This document shows, piece after piece, positions 1 through 7,559 of a stretch of DNA of 51,149 nucleotides (its first letter is position 1; the number at the start of each line of letters is the position of its first letter). Source of the stretch: an uncultured Candidatus Saccharibacteria bacterium (GTDB lineage Bacteria; Patescibacteriota; Saccharimonadia; Saccharimonadales; Saccharimonadaceae); assembly GCA_964536785.1 (NCBI GenBank), contig CAZHYM010000002.1, positions 1 to 51,149 on the forward strand. Direction: 5' to 3'. The notes below the pieces were generated by a model that saw only the letters and a program-made list of their open reading frames with translations, ran no database searches and was not told where the DNA came from. Made by a program: the position numbers and the translations under genes.

Positions 1-30
1 AAGCATACTAATAGTCCCATCGCCTTTTTT
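1..30 (+). rRNA. rrl: 3' terminal fragment of 23S rRNA (window begins inside the gene)
   Basis: AAGCATACTAATAGTCCCATCGCC resembles the conserved 23S 3' end (E. coli ...AACCGGTACTAATGAACCGTGAGGC...). A 5S gene follows in the usual 23S-5S order. The exact 3' end is uncertain. Confidence 0.6.
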
Positions 31-226
31 ATGCCCTTGTCGTTAAAGTAATGCTTGCATTACTTGTGACGATGAGGTCGACTTGACTAGTATTTGGTGT
101 TTAGTAACACCCGTTGCGTTTACAATCAGTTTTTTTACTTAAACTTACCGTGTCTGTAAGGACATCGAAGCGAGACTTTGACCCACTGACTCAAGATGTG
201 TCAGCCCAAAGAGTCGAAAGTCTTAC

Positions 227-335
227 TTCGGTGCCCATAGCGTCAGGGAAACACCTGTTCTCATTCCGAACACAGAAGTTAAGCCTGATAGCGGCGATTA
301 TACTGCCAAAAGTGGGAAACTAGCACGGTGCCGAA
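227..335 (+). rRNA. rrf: 5S ribosomal RNA
   Basis: Contains the hallmark 5S core CCCATAGCG...CATTCCGAACACAGAAGTTAAGC...GGGAAACTAGCAC. The terminal helix TTCGGTGCC (227-235) pairs with GGTGCCGAA (327-335), including two G-U pairs. Confidence 0.9.
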
Positions 336-341
336 TTATAG

Positions 342-373
342 AAAAGCTCTCCGAAAGGGGAGTTTTTCTTTTT
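342..373 (+). terminator. Rho-independent terminator of the rRNA operon
   Basis: Stem AAAAGCTCTCC / GGGGAGTTTT around a GAAA tetraloop (353-356), followed by the T-run TTTTTCTTTTT. Confidence 0.7.
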
Positions 374-615
374 AGCGTAATTGGTTAGATGCGAGCTCTG
401 CTATTATTACACCAATGAATTATTAAGCCAGCAATTGATCAAATAAAATGTCTCCATAAACGAAAACAACCCTACTCGCAAATGGGTCATTTTCGTTAGT
501 GTGTGTAAAGTCTGTTTTATATTTAAAACAGGGTACCTCTATAATATCGCACTCTATGGATAAAAACAATAGCTTGAGCGCTTTATTTTTATTGATAATT
601 ATGTCATAATAACCA

Positions 616-644
616 TTGACATTTTGTCATGTTTATGCTATTAT
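616..644 (+). promoter_or_regulatory. Sigma70-type promoter P1 (TTGACA-17-TGcTATTAT) for the KGG stress protein
   Basis: TTGACA at 616-621, a 17-nt spacer, and TATTAT at 639-644 preceded by TGc (extended -10). It is 22/25 identical to the module at 16959-16983. Confidence 0.7.
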
Positions 645-686
645 TATTTCATCCACATATCAAATGTGAGTTAATAAGGAGTGAAT

Positions 687-884
687 ATGGCTGGAACTAA
701 AGAAGGCGGGCAAAAAGCCGCTTTAGCCAATAAGCTAAAATACGGATCTGATTTTTATGCAAAGATCGGTCGTAAAGGTGGAAAAAACGGTCGGACTGGC
801 GGATTCGCTGCTAACCCTGAACTAGCAAAAATTGCTGGCGCTAAGGGTGGACGAATCTCCAGACGCGGTAAAGCCAAGGCTTAA
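687..884 (+). CDS. KGG-repeat general stress protein (YciG/GsiB-like)
   Basis: Small Gly/Lys-rich protein with repeats KEGGQKAA, RKGGKNG and GGFAANPELAKIAGAKGG, which match the stress-induced KGG motif. AAGGAG at 676-681 lies 5 nt before ATG 687, so the GTG at 681 given in the ORF track is part of the SD. Confidence 0.8.
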   Translation: MAGTKEGGQKAALANKLKYGSDFYAKIGRKGGKNGRTGGFAANPELAKIAGAKGGRISRRGKAKA

Positions 885-890
885 ATGGTA

Positions 891-923
891 AAAAATAAGG
901 CAGAAGATCCTGCCTTATTTTTA
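891..923. terminator. Bidirectional terminator between convergent genes
   Basis: Perfect 9-bp stem ATAAGGCAG (895-903) / CTGCCTTAT (910-918) with a 6-nt loop. An A-run lies upstream and a T-run downstream. Confidence 0.75.
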
Positions 924-928
924 TTGTA

Positions 929-1357
929 CTAACTGCGCTTTGATTTCCACTTATTGCTGCATGCAAGGCAATAGTAGTCTGCGTTCTTATCTTGATATCC
1001 GGTTGAATTGCAGGCTGGGCACTCACTTTTTTTATAAACCCAATCTCTATAGCTATCTAGGTGCTCTTCAGCCAGGGAGTTATCAAATTCAATTTGGTAT
1101 TTCGGGCAAAGAGTCTTTTTTGTTAAGCTCCAAGCTTCTGATTCCATCTTTAAGCGATCGATGTCGTATTTATATGATTCGTGACCTAGCGAATAATGAG
1201 CTAGCTCGTGTAATAAGAGCAACTGGTAATTATCAGATTGAGGGTTGTGATAGACGGTGTTTTTTTTGGCGCAATAATAAAAGTTCTCATCTTCGTTAAA
1301 TATTAAATTCGGAAAATCTTCTTTGATTTTGCTGATAAACTGGCTCTGGCTAATCAT
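929..1357 (-). CDS. Small HExxH zinc metallopeptidase with C-terminal zinc ribbon (SprT-like / ImmA-like)
   Basis: LLLLHELAHYSLGHE contains an HExxH motif with a third His. The C-terminus carries CPAC...(15 aa)...CLAC, a 4-Cys ribbon. The start ATG overlaps the stop of the upstream kinase gene in ATGA at 1354-1357. Confidence 0.5.
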   Translation of the reverse strand: MISQSQFISKIKEDFPNLIFNEDENFYYCAKKNTVYHNPQSDNYQLLLLHELAHYSLGHESYKYDIDRLKMESEAWSLTKKTLCPKYQIEFDNSLAEEHLDSYRDWVYKKSECPACNSTGYQDKNADYYCLACSNKWKSKRS

Positions 1358-2175
1358 ATATTAAGATAAATATTCTCGCTTGCCAAACGATAGCAACCAA
1401 TAAGTACCGCATCTTCTTTGTAGACAGAGGGGATAATTTTTGGTCGGTCTAGGTTATCAGGCAGCTTCTCGTCAATCAGTCTAGTGAGATAGCCGGCGTA
1501 ATTGCTAAAGTGTTCTCCCATGCTTCCGCCGATTATTATTAGATTGGGCTGAATTATTGGGATTAGCACAAGTAAACCTCTCGATATTCTATCGGCTACT
1601 GCCTGCCACATACCGGGGCTGGTTATCTCTGAAGCTTTTCTGTCATAAGCCTCAACTATTGCTCTGCCAGATGCAAATTTCTCCCATTCTCTAGTGATGC
1701 CATCATATTCGATCATTGTAAGCCCTGCTTCGGTATTGAGCAGTCCAGGGATCAGTTTGCCCTTAATTATGAATCCTGAGCCTATTCCGGCGCCAATATT
1801 TAGATATATTACGTTGTCGTATTCTTTTGGCAGAGTGGTCGTTTCGGCAATCCCAGCAAGGTTTGCATCGTTTTCTAGTAGCACATCGACTTTAAAGTCT
1901 TTTGATAGGAGATTTGCGATATCTAGCCCGATCCAATCGTCGCCTAGATTGCTGCACCAATGAATCCTGTTGTTTTTTACAATACCCGGGACTCCAACAA
2001 TTATTTTATTGAATTTGTAGTTAGAGAACGAGCTAGCTATGGTTGCTTGGATTAGTTCAAGCCATTCTCCAGACTGCTTGGGAGTCTCAAATTTAGTTTT
2101 TTCGAGTATTTTTCCGCTCTTATCTAAACAGGCGACTATTGTTTTAGTGCTACCGATGTCCACCGCTATTATCAT
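1354..2175 (-). CDS. ROK/ASKHA-family sugar kinase-like protein
   Basis: N-terminal MIIAVDIGSTKT phosphate-1 motif, NDANLAGIAE, and GAGIGSGFIIKGKL. It lacks the ROK CxCGxxGC zinc motif. The start is moved from the ORF-track 2229 to ATG 2175, which sits 6 nt downstream of TGtTATAAT. The longer ORF would run through the promoter of the divergent gene. Confidence 0.6.
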   Translation of the reverse strand: MIIAVDIGSTKTIVACLDKSGKILEKTKFETPKQSGEWLELIQATIASSFSNYKFNKIIVGVPGIVKNNRIHWCSNLGDDWIGLDIANLLSKDFKVDVLLENDANLAGIAETTTLPKEYDNVIYLNIGAGIGSGFIIKGKLIPGLLNTEAGLTMIEYDGITREWEKFASGRAIVEAYDRKASEITSPGMWQAVADRISRGLLVLIPIIQPNLIIIGGSMGEHFSNYAGYLTRLIDEKLPDNLDRPKIIPSVYKEDAVLIGCYRLASENIYLNI

Positions 2176-2181
2176 GGCTTT

Positions 2182-2190
2182 ATTATAACA
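2182..2190 (-). promoter_or_regulatory. Extended -10 promoter (TGtTATAAT) 6 nt from ATG 2175; leaderless arrangement
   Basis: The reverse complement of 2182-2190 reads TGTTATAAT. Six nt (AAAGCC) follow, then the ATG. No SD is present. Confidence 0.6.
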
Positions 2191-2230
2191 TGTGATTAGA
2201 GTATAATTAATACAAAAGCGAGGACCCAAA

Positions 2231-2650
2231 ATGAATGTAAGATATATTATTCATGATCAGACCTTTAAAAAATTTTTAGTAGGTTTGGTCGTATTGGTGG
2301 GGTTGACTGGATTGGGAATTTATTCAGCAAAGAATATTTTGCCAAGTGTAAACGATAAAATTGCAAAAACTAATGACGTTGAAACTGGTAAAACAGATAT
2401 CGAAAAAACTTTGACCAAGCCACCGGTTGATTCTCTAGTAGAGAGCGAAGACGATTATGATCAAAATTCGACTAAAACGAATCAATCTCAAGCCGACGAT
2501 AGCTCAAGCAAGCAGCAAGAGACTGAACAACTAAAAAGTAGCGACTCTTTGCCAACTACTGGCAACAACGGCGTTCTAAATCAGGCAGTTGCCTTAGGAA
2601 TAATTACATTTAGTTTTGCTCACATATTTCAAATCAGAAATAAATTTTAA
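2231..2650 (+). CDS. Small LPXTG cell-wall-anchored surface protein, acidic/Ser-Gln-rich
   Basis: N-terminal signal/anchor FLVGLVVLVGLTGLGIY. C-terminal LPTTG (nt 2549-2563) is followed by a hydrophobic segment and the basic tail IRNKF. GAGGA SD precedes the ATG. Confidence 0.75.
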   Translation: MNVRYIIHDQTFKKFLVGLVVLVGLTGLGIYSAKNILPSVNDKIAKTNDVETGKTDIEKTLTKPPVDSLVESEDDYDQNSTKTNQSQADDSSSKQQETEQLKSSDSLPTTGNNGVLNQAVALGIITFSFAHIFQIRNKF

Positions 2651-2769
2651 ACAGTTGTATTGATAGGGCTTTTGAGGTAGAATTATATGTAATCTATCAG
2701 GTGTATTAGGCGTGACTCTAAACTTTACCCTGAAGAAATATTATTAAGGAAGGAGTCTAAGATAGACTT

Positions 2770-3828
2770 ATGGCAAAAGCCAATATAACAATGGATGAGC
2801 TTCTAGCTCAGAATGATATTAAATCTTTAAACCAGGGAGACGTGGTTGAGGGGAAAGTATTATCAGTTAAAAAACATGAAATCTTGATTGATCTCGGCGC
2901 ACAAGGCGTAGGAATAGTGCCTCGCAGAGAAGTAGAATTTTCAAAAAAGCTTGAAATCGGTGAAGAAGTAACCGCAAGTGTAATCGAATCCGAATTAGAG
3001 GGAGGAGAGGTTTTGCTTTCACTCAGGAAGGCAGCAAAAGATCGAGGCTGGGAAGAGTCCGCCAAGATTATGGAAAATGAAGAGATTATTGAAGTTCAAC
3101 CTTTTGACGCTAACAGAGGCGGACTGTTGATAGAATACGAAGGAGTAAGGGGCTTCTTGCCTGTTTCTCAGTTGTCTGCTGAGCATTATCCAAGAGTTTC
3201 ATCAAACGACAAAGACGAAATTCTTCAAAAATTAAATATTCTGATTGGTCAAAAACTTAGAGTTAGAATTATCGATGCTGATCGAAAAACTAACAAGTTA
3301 ATTTTTAGTGAAAAAGCGGCTGTTAAGGATGGTTTAGCGGAACTGTTCGGTAAATTAACCGTTGGTGATACTATAAAAGGTGTTGTAACCGGGGTTGTTG
3401 ATTTCGGCGTATTTGTTAATGTTGATGGAATTGAGGGTCTAGTACATATCTCAGAAATTAGCTGGGAGCGAGTAACTGATCCTACAAATTACGTAAAAGT
3501 TGGTCAGATCATCGAAGCAAAAATTATCGATATAGACAAAGACAGGTTGAGCCTGAGCATGAAACAATTAACTGCTGACCCGTGGTTAAGTGAAGTTGAG
3601 AAGTTTAATAAGGGTGATGAAGTAGAAGGCACTATAACTAGAATTACACCATTTGGTGCCTTTGTGCAGATTAGTCCTTCTGTTGAGGCGTTAGTGCATG
3701 TGTCTGAGCTCGGCGGCGGAAGTGATGTCAATCCAGAGAACATCTTTACCCTTAACGAGAAAAAGAAGTTTAAAGTTTTAGAGATCGACAAACCTTCGCG
3801 CAAAATTTCTTTGTGCCTAGCAAAATAG
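2770..3828 (+). CDS. rpsA: 30S ribosomal protein S1 (four S1 domains)
   Basis: Repeated S1 OB-fold motifs: G.VV.G.V..V....I.IDLG, GFLPVSQL, GLVHISEIS and ALVHVSEL. Confidence 0.85.
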   Translation: MAKANITMDELLAQNDIKSLNQGDVVEGKVLSVKKHEILIDLGAQGVGIVPRREVEFSKKLEIGEEVTASVIESELEGGEVLLSLRKAAKDRGWEESAKIMENEEIIEVQPFDANRGGLLIEYEGVRGFLPVSQLSAEHYPRVSSNDKDEILQKLNILIGQKLRVRIIDADRKTNKLIFSEKAAVKDGLAELFGKLTVGDTIKGVVTGVVDFGVFVNVDGIEGLVHISEISWERVTDPTNYVKVGQIIEAKIIDIDKDRLSLSMKQLTADPWLSEVEKFNKGDEVEGTITRITPFGAFVQISPSVEALVHVSELGGGSDVNPENIFTLNEKKKFKVLEIDKPSRKISLCLAK

Positions 3829-3866
3829 TTTATAAATAACTCCAGTCGGAGTGTGAGGAGTACAAA

Positions 3867-5639
3867 ATGGAGCAAGATAAGGTAATCAGGATAGGTGACT
3901 TTATAACAGTCAATGAGCTTGCTTCAGTTTTGAATATTTCTGTTGCTAGCTTAGTGGGAGAGTTGTTTAAAAATGGTATAGTTGCGACAATCAATCAGCA
4001 GATTGACTTTGATACGGTTGCGATTATCCTAGAGGAACTTGGTATTGAGGCTAAATTAGAGCGTGCAGAGCGCAAAGTGAGAGAAGTTGAAAGACATGTT
4101 TTAAGTGATAAAGCTTCAGAAAGGCCTCCGATTGTAGCAATCATGGGCCATGTTGATCATGGTAAAACTAGCTTGCTTGATTATATTCTTAGGACAGAAG
4201 TGGCGCAAAAAGAAGCAGGTGGCATCACGCAGTATATTTCAGCCTATCAAACTACCTACAAGAATAGAATTATAACTCTACTCGACACACCTGGTCATGA
4301 GGCTTTCGCGGCAGTTCGTCAGCACGGAGCAACACTTACTGACATTGTCGTAATTGTTGTTGCTGCGGATGATGGAGTTAAACCTCAGACTATAGAAGCT
4401 ATCAAATTTGCTGAATCAGCAAATGCTAAAATAATTGTTGCAATCAACAAGGTTGATAAGCCAACGGTTGATATCAACCGCGTTATGTCTCAACTAGCTA
4501 CCGATCATCGTTTAAACCCCGAAGAGTGGGGCGGGGAAACTATTATGATACCTGTTTCGGCTAAAACTGGCGAAGGCATTGATAAATTACTGGACTCAAT
4601 TTTATTAGTTGCCGACATGGAAGAGCTTAAGGCCGATACGCAAAATACATTAGCGGAAGGCCTTGTTATTGAATCACAGATTCAAAAAGGCAAAGGCTTC
4701 ATCGTAGGGCTGCTTGTTGAACAAGGTGAACTAAAGGTTGGAGATTGTCTAGTTGCTGGTCCAAATTATGCAAAAGTTCGCACTATTGTGGATTTTAAGG
4801 GTAGGCCAATTAAAAAAGCCGGGCCTTCGACCCCAGTGACCATTACTGGTTTCAAGACTTTGCCAAATTTTGGAGAGATTTTTCAAGAATTTAAAAACGA
4901 GCGTGAGGCTAGGGCTTCATCTAGTCAAAATCGAATTAATTCCGCTGCGTCATCAGCAACTAGTAATGTGACAAGTAGTGATTTGTTAAACATGATGAAA
5001 CAATTCGACGATGCCAAGAACTATAATCTAGTTATCAAAGCTGATGTCCAGGGCAGTTTAACATCGATCATAGATAGTCTGAAGATGATAGATGCTAATG
5101 GAGAAGTTAAGCTTAATATCGTTAGTTCAGGAATCGGTGACATTACTGAAAATGATTTAAAAATGGCAGCCGGTGGCAATACGACAATCTATGGGTTTAA
5201 TGTTAATGTTTCTTCTTCGGTTAAGCGATTAGCAACTTTAGCTAAAGTCCCTGTAAAAATTTATAAAGTGATTTATGAACTGATAGACGATAGTCGACGG
5301 GCTATCGAATCCATGCTTGAACCGGAAATAAAGATAATTGAAGTTGGTAAACTAAAAGTAAAAGGCGTATTTAAAATAAATAAGGACAAGATCATAGCTG
5401 GAGGCTTAGTGACTCAGGGCAAATTAATGCCTGGCCTGGCAGCTAGGCTTAAGCGAGACAAACAAGTGATTGGTGAACTTGAAGTTGAATCAGTCGAGAG
5501 AAATAAACTTGAAGTCAAAGAAGTTCTAGAAGGTGAAATGTGTGGTTTGTCACTTAAGGCTAAGGGCAAAATTAAAATGGAAATTGATGATCAGCTAGAA
5601 TTTTATAGGCGTGAGATAATTCCTAAGAAGCTGAAATAG
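3867..5639 (+). CDS. infB: Translation initiation factor IF-2 (short form)
   Basis: GTPase motifs [20 protein letters not shown] and NKVD, plus the IF-2 C-terminal domains. GAGGAG SD. Confidence 0.95.
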   Translation: MEQDKVIRIGDFITVNELASVLNISVASLVGELFKNGIVATINQQIDFDTVAIILEELGIEAKLERAERKVREVERHVLSDKASERPPIVAIMGHVDHGKTSLLDYILRTEVAQKEAGGITQYISAYQTTYKNRIITLLDTPGHEAFAAVRQHGATLTDIVVIVVAADDGVKPQTIEAIKFAESANAKIIVAINKVDKPTVDINRVMSQLATDHRLNPEEWGGETIMIPVSAKTGEGIDKLLDSILLVADMEELKADTQNTLAEGLVIESQIQKGKGFIVGLLVEQGELKVGDCLVAGPNYAKVRTIVDFKGRPIKKAGPSTPVTITGFKTLPNFGEIFQEFKNEREARASSSQNRINSAASSATSNVTSSDLLNMMKQFDDAKNYNLVIKADVQGSLTSIIDSLKMIDANGEVKLNIVSSGIGDITENDLKMAAGGNTTIYGFNVNVSSSVKRLATLAKVPVKIYKVIYELIDDSRRAIESMLEPEIKIIEVGKLKVKGVFKINKDKIIAGGLVTQGKLMPGLAARLKRDKQVIGELEVESVERNKLEVKEVLEGEMCGLSLKAKGKIKMEIDDQLEFYRREIIPKKLK

Positions 5640-5685
5640 GTCGCTTTTGTTTTTTGTAGCAATAGGGTAAAATAATTGGTGTAAT

Positions 5686-6099
5686 ATGCTTAAGCTAAAT
5701 AATGATTTTCTGTTGGAAATGGGATTGGGCGACATGCCAGAGGAGCACAAGAAGCCTTTTTTGAAGTATGTCTATGAACAACTTGAATTAAGAGTTGGTG
5801 AGATCATTGCAAAAGGCATGACGCCTGATCAGATAAATGAATTCAAAAAAATCGCTGCCAATGATAGCGTTTTTTCCGCAAAATGGTTAGGCGAGAACGA
5901 CCCTGGCTATAGGACAAATAATCTTTTTATCAATATTTTAGAGTCTACTGGATATGATGAACACGATCCAAGGGCTTTGATTAATTATGTATCGGCTCGC
6001 TGGCTTCAATTGAATAAACCCGATTATTCTCAGATAGTGGCTAATGAAATTTCCAATATACGTCGCGAAATAATGGACAATCGCGATAAATTAATTTGA
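5686..6099 (+). CDS. Hypothetical protein (resembles the CPR-typical DUF5663-like family)
   Basis: N-terminus FLLEMGLGDMPEEHKKPFLKYVYEQLELRVGEII...TPDQINEF. I recall this pattern from uncharacterised Patescibacteria proteins but could not verify it. The 3' end overlaps convergent fmt by 9 nt. Confidence 0.35.
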   Translation: MLKLNNDFLLEMGLGDMPEEHKKPFLKYVYEQLELRVGEIIAKGMTPDQINEFKKIAANDSVFSAKWLGENDPGYRTNNLFINILESTGYDEHDPRALINYVSARWLQLNKPDYSQIVANEISNIRREIMDNRDKLI

Positions 6100-6978
6100 T
6101 AATTTATAACCTCTAATAAATTCAGAGCTAGTCATGCTTTTGCCAGAAGGGCTTTGTAGTGTGATAATATTTAGATATCTTCCATCGGAGCCTTGAACGC
6201 TTAGCTCGCTTGCATTGTCTGAGTCGAATGCTTCTAAAATTATGACGGAGTGGCCAAAAAAATTATATTTTGGCTTTGGGTAATTCTGGTATGCTCTAAC
6301 TTGATTGTACAATTGTCTTGCGGTGAATTTTTCTGGTTTGATAAACCCGTCTGATTTTAATAAAAGCTTTGTGTAAGTAGCTTTAGCCTCGTCCTGTGGC
6401 TTAGCTTCAGGCTGCAGATTAAGCTGCTCGATGGTTTGGATGAGCATTTTTGATCCAATTTCGGCCAGTTTTTTATATAAGTATGTCTTAGATTCGCTTT
6501 TATTTAGACTGATTTTTTGTTTACTGTATATTGGCCCAGCGTCAATTTTGCTTGCTAACTTCATAATAGTAACCCCTGTGCAGCTGTCGTCATTCAAGAT
6601 AGCTGTTTCAATCGGAGAGGGCCCTCGGTAGGACGGCAATAGAGATGGATGAACATTGAGAATCCCATTGTTAAACTTTTTGATTATAGATTCGGGAATT
6701 ATCATACCAAAGCTAGCTAGGGCGCCAGTCTGCTTGTGCGAACTTTCTACGGCCTCTTCTAAATCTTTTTGGGAGCTAACCTGCTTAACGGGGATGCTAT
6801 GTAAATTAGCTAAAAGCTTCACAGCCGGGGAATGAAGTTGCTTGCCCCTGCCTTTTTTAAAGTCTGATTTCGTAATTACTAATTCAATTGGTATTTTAGC
6901 CTTGATTAGCTCATCTAGAATTTGAGCGCTAAAATCTTCAGTCCCAAAGAACACTAGAGGACTTAATCTCTTTGTCAT
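6091..6978 (-). CDS. fmt: Methionyl-tRNA formyltransferase
   Basis: FFGTEDFSAQIL N-terminus and the NVHPSLLPSYRGPSPI formyltransferase signature. It lies directly downstream of def. Confidence 0.9.
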   Translation of the reverse strand: MTKRLSPLVFFGTEDFSAQILDELIKAKIPIELVITKSDFKKGRGKQLHSPAVKLLANLHSIPVKQVSSQKDLEEAVESSHKQTGALASFGMIIPESIIKKFNNGILNVHPSLLPSYRGPSPIETAILNDDSCTGVTIMKLASKIDAGPIYSKQKISLNKSESKTYLYKKLAEIGSKMLIQTIEQLNLQPEAKPQDEAKATYTKLLLKSDGFIKPEKFTARQLYNQVRAYQNYPKPKYNFFGHSVIILEAFDSDNASELSVQGSDGRYLNIITLQSPSGKSMTSSEFIRGYKLSN

Positions 6979-7522
6979 AATCCACTTTCTCTAATTCTCC
7001 ACTTGAAGTTAATTTATAAAAAGCATCTTTATCGTTTTTTATATGGTCAACGAATGTTATGCCGTTTATATGGTCAATTTCGTGTTGTAGAGTCCTGGCC
7101 AGGAAACCTTCAGCTTTAACAAATATGGTTTCGCCATCAATATTCTTAGCTTTTACTTTTATCTTCGGTGATCGCATAATTTTGCCATAATAATCTGGCA
7201 CACTCAGACAGCCTTCAAAATCTTCCTCTAATTTTCCGCCTTGCTTGACTATTACTGGGTTTATTAGTGGCACAAAGGTCTTGTTATCTCGGTCCTCGAA
7301 GTCCTCTCGAACGATAATAACGCTCTTTAACTCCCCGATTTGAACGGCCGCTAGGGCTGTGCTAACTTCGTGCGGTCGGTTTTTTTCCCAATCTAAAGCC
7401 GCTTCTGTCATTTTACGAATTAGAGCTTTGGTTGAGCTGTCAATTTTAGTAATAATTTCCGAGGATTGTCTAAGCCGTTCGTCCGGCAAGGTAATGATAT
7501 CTTTGGTGCTGCCTGTTTTCAT
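6938..7522 (-). CDS. def: Peptide deformylase
   Basis: All three PDF motifs are present: ALAAVQIG (GxGxAAxQ-like), EGCLSVP and HEIDHING. Confidence 0.9.
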   Translation of the reverse strand: MKTGSTKDIITLPDERLRQSSEIITKIDSSTKALIRKMTEAALDWEKNRPHEVSTALAAVQIGELKSVIIVREDFEDRDNKTFVPLINPVIVKQGGKLEEDFEGCLSVPDYYGKIMRSPKIKVKAKNIDGETIFVKAEGFLARTLQHEIDHINGITFVDHIKNDKDAFYKLTSSGELEKVDYDKEIKSSSVLWD

Positions 7523-7529
7523 CTGTTAT

Positions 7530-7538
7530 ATTGTACCA
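7530..7538 (-). promoter_or_regulatory. Extended -10 (TGgTACAAT) 7 nt upstream of def ATG; leaderless arrangement
   Basis: The reverse complement of 7530-7538 reads TGGTACAAT. Seven nt (ATAACAG) follow, then ATG 7522. No SD is present. Confidence 0.55.
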
Positions 7539-7559
7539 AAGTTCGTGTAAAATTTGAAA

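Noticed and set aside
114-323. 69-aa plus-strand ORF from the track
   Set aside because: It lies across the 23S-5S spacer and the 5S rRNA gene itself. It is an rRNA-shadow ORF with no SD or promoter.
376-425. tRNA-like start (GCGTAATTGGTTAGATGCGAGCTC) after the 5S terminator
   Set aside because: It superficially resembles a D-arm. There is no matching acceptor stem, no GTTCRAATC T-loop and no anticodon stem. It is not a tRNA.
556-609. 17-codon hydrophobic mini-ORF (MDKNNSLSALFLLIIMS) 10 nt after TATAAT 540-545; considered as a type I toxin
   Set aside because: It is too short. There is no SD, no evident antisense RNA partner and no convincing -35 element. This could easily be chance in AT-rich DNA.
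649-657. DnaA-box-like 9-mer TCATCCACA
   Set aside because: It is a single copy with one mismatch, lying inside the leader of the KGG gene. There is no cluster of boxes, no AT-rich unwinding element and no dnaA or dnaN nearby. It is not an origin.
940-1299. 119-aa plus-strand ORF antisense to the HExxH peptidase gene
   Set aside because: It is a shadow ORF. The opposite strand carries clear HExxH and zinc-ribbon motifs and is operon-coupled. This frame is Cys/Leu/Arg-rich with no start context.
6938-6978. 41-nt def/fmt overlap as a possible mis-annotation or frameshift
   Set aside because: The only ATG giving the conserved FFGTEDF N-terminus is at 6978. An in-frame GTG at 6954 would shorten the overlap but would truncate the N-terminus. 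I accepted it as a genuine overlap of coupled genes.
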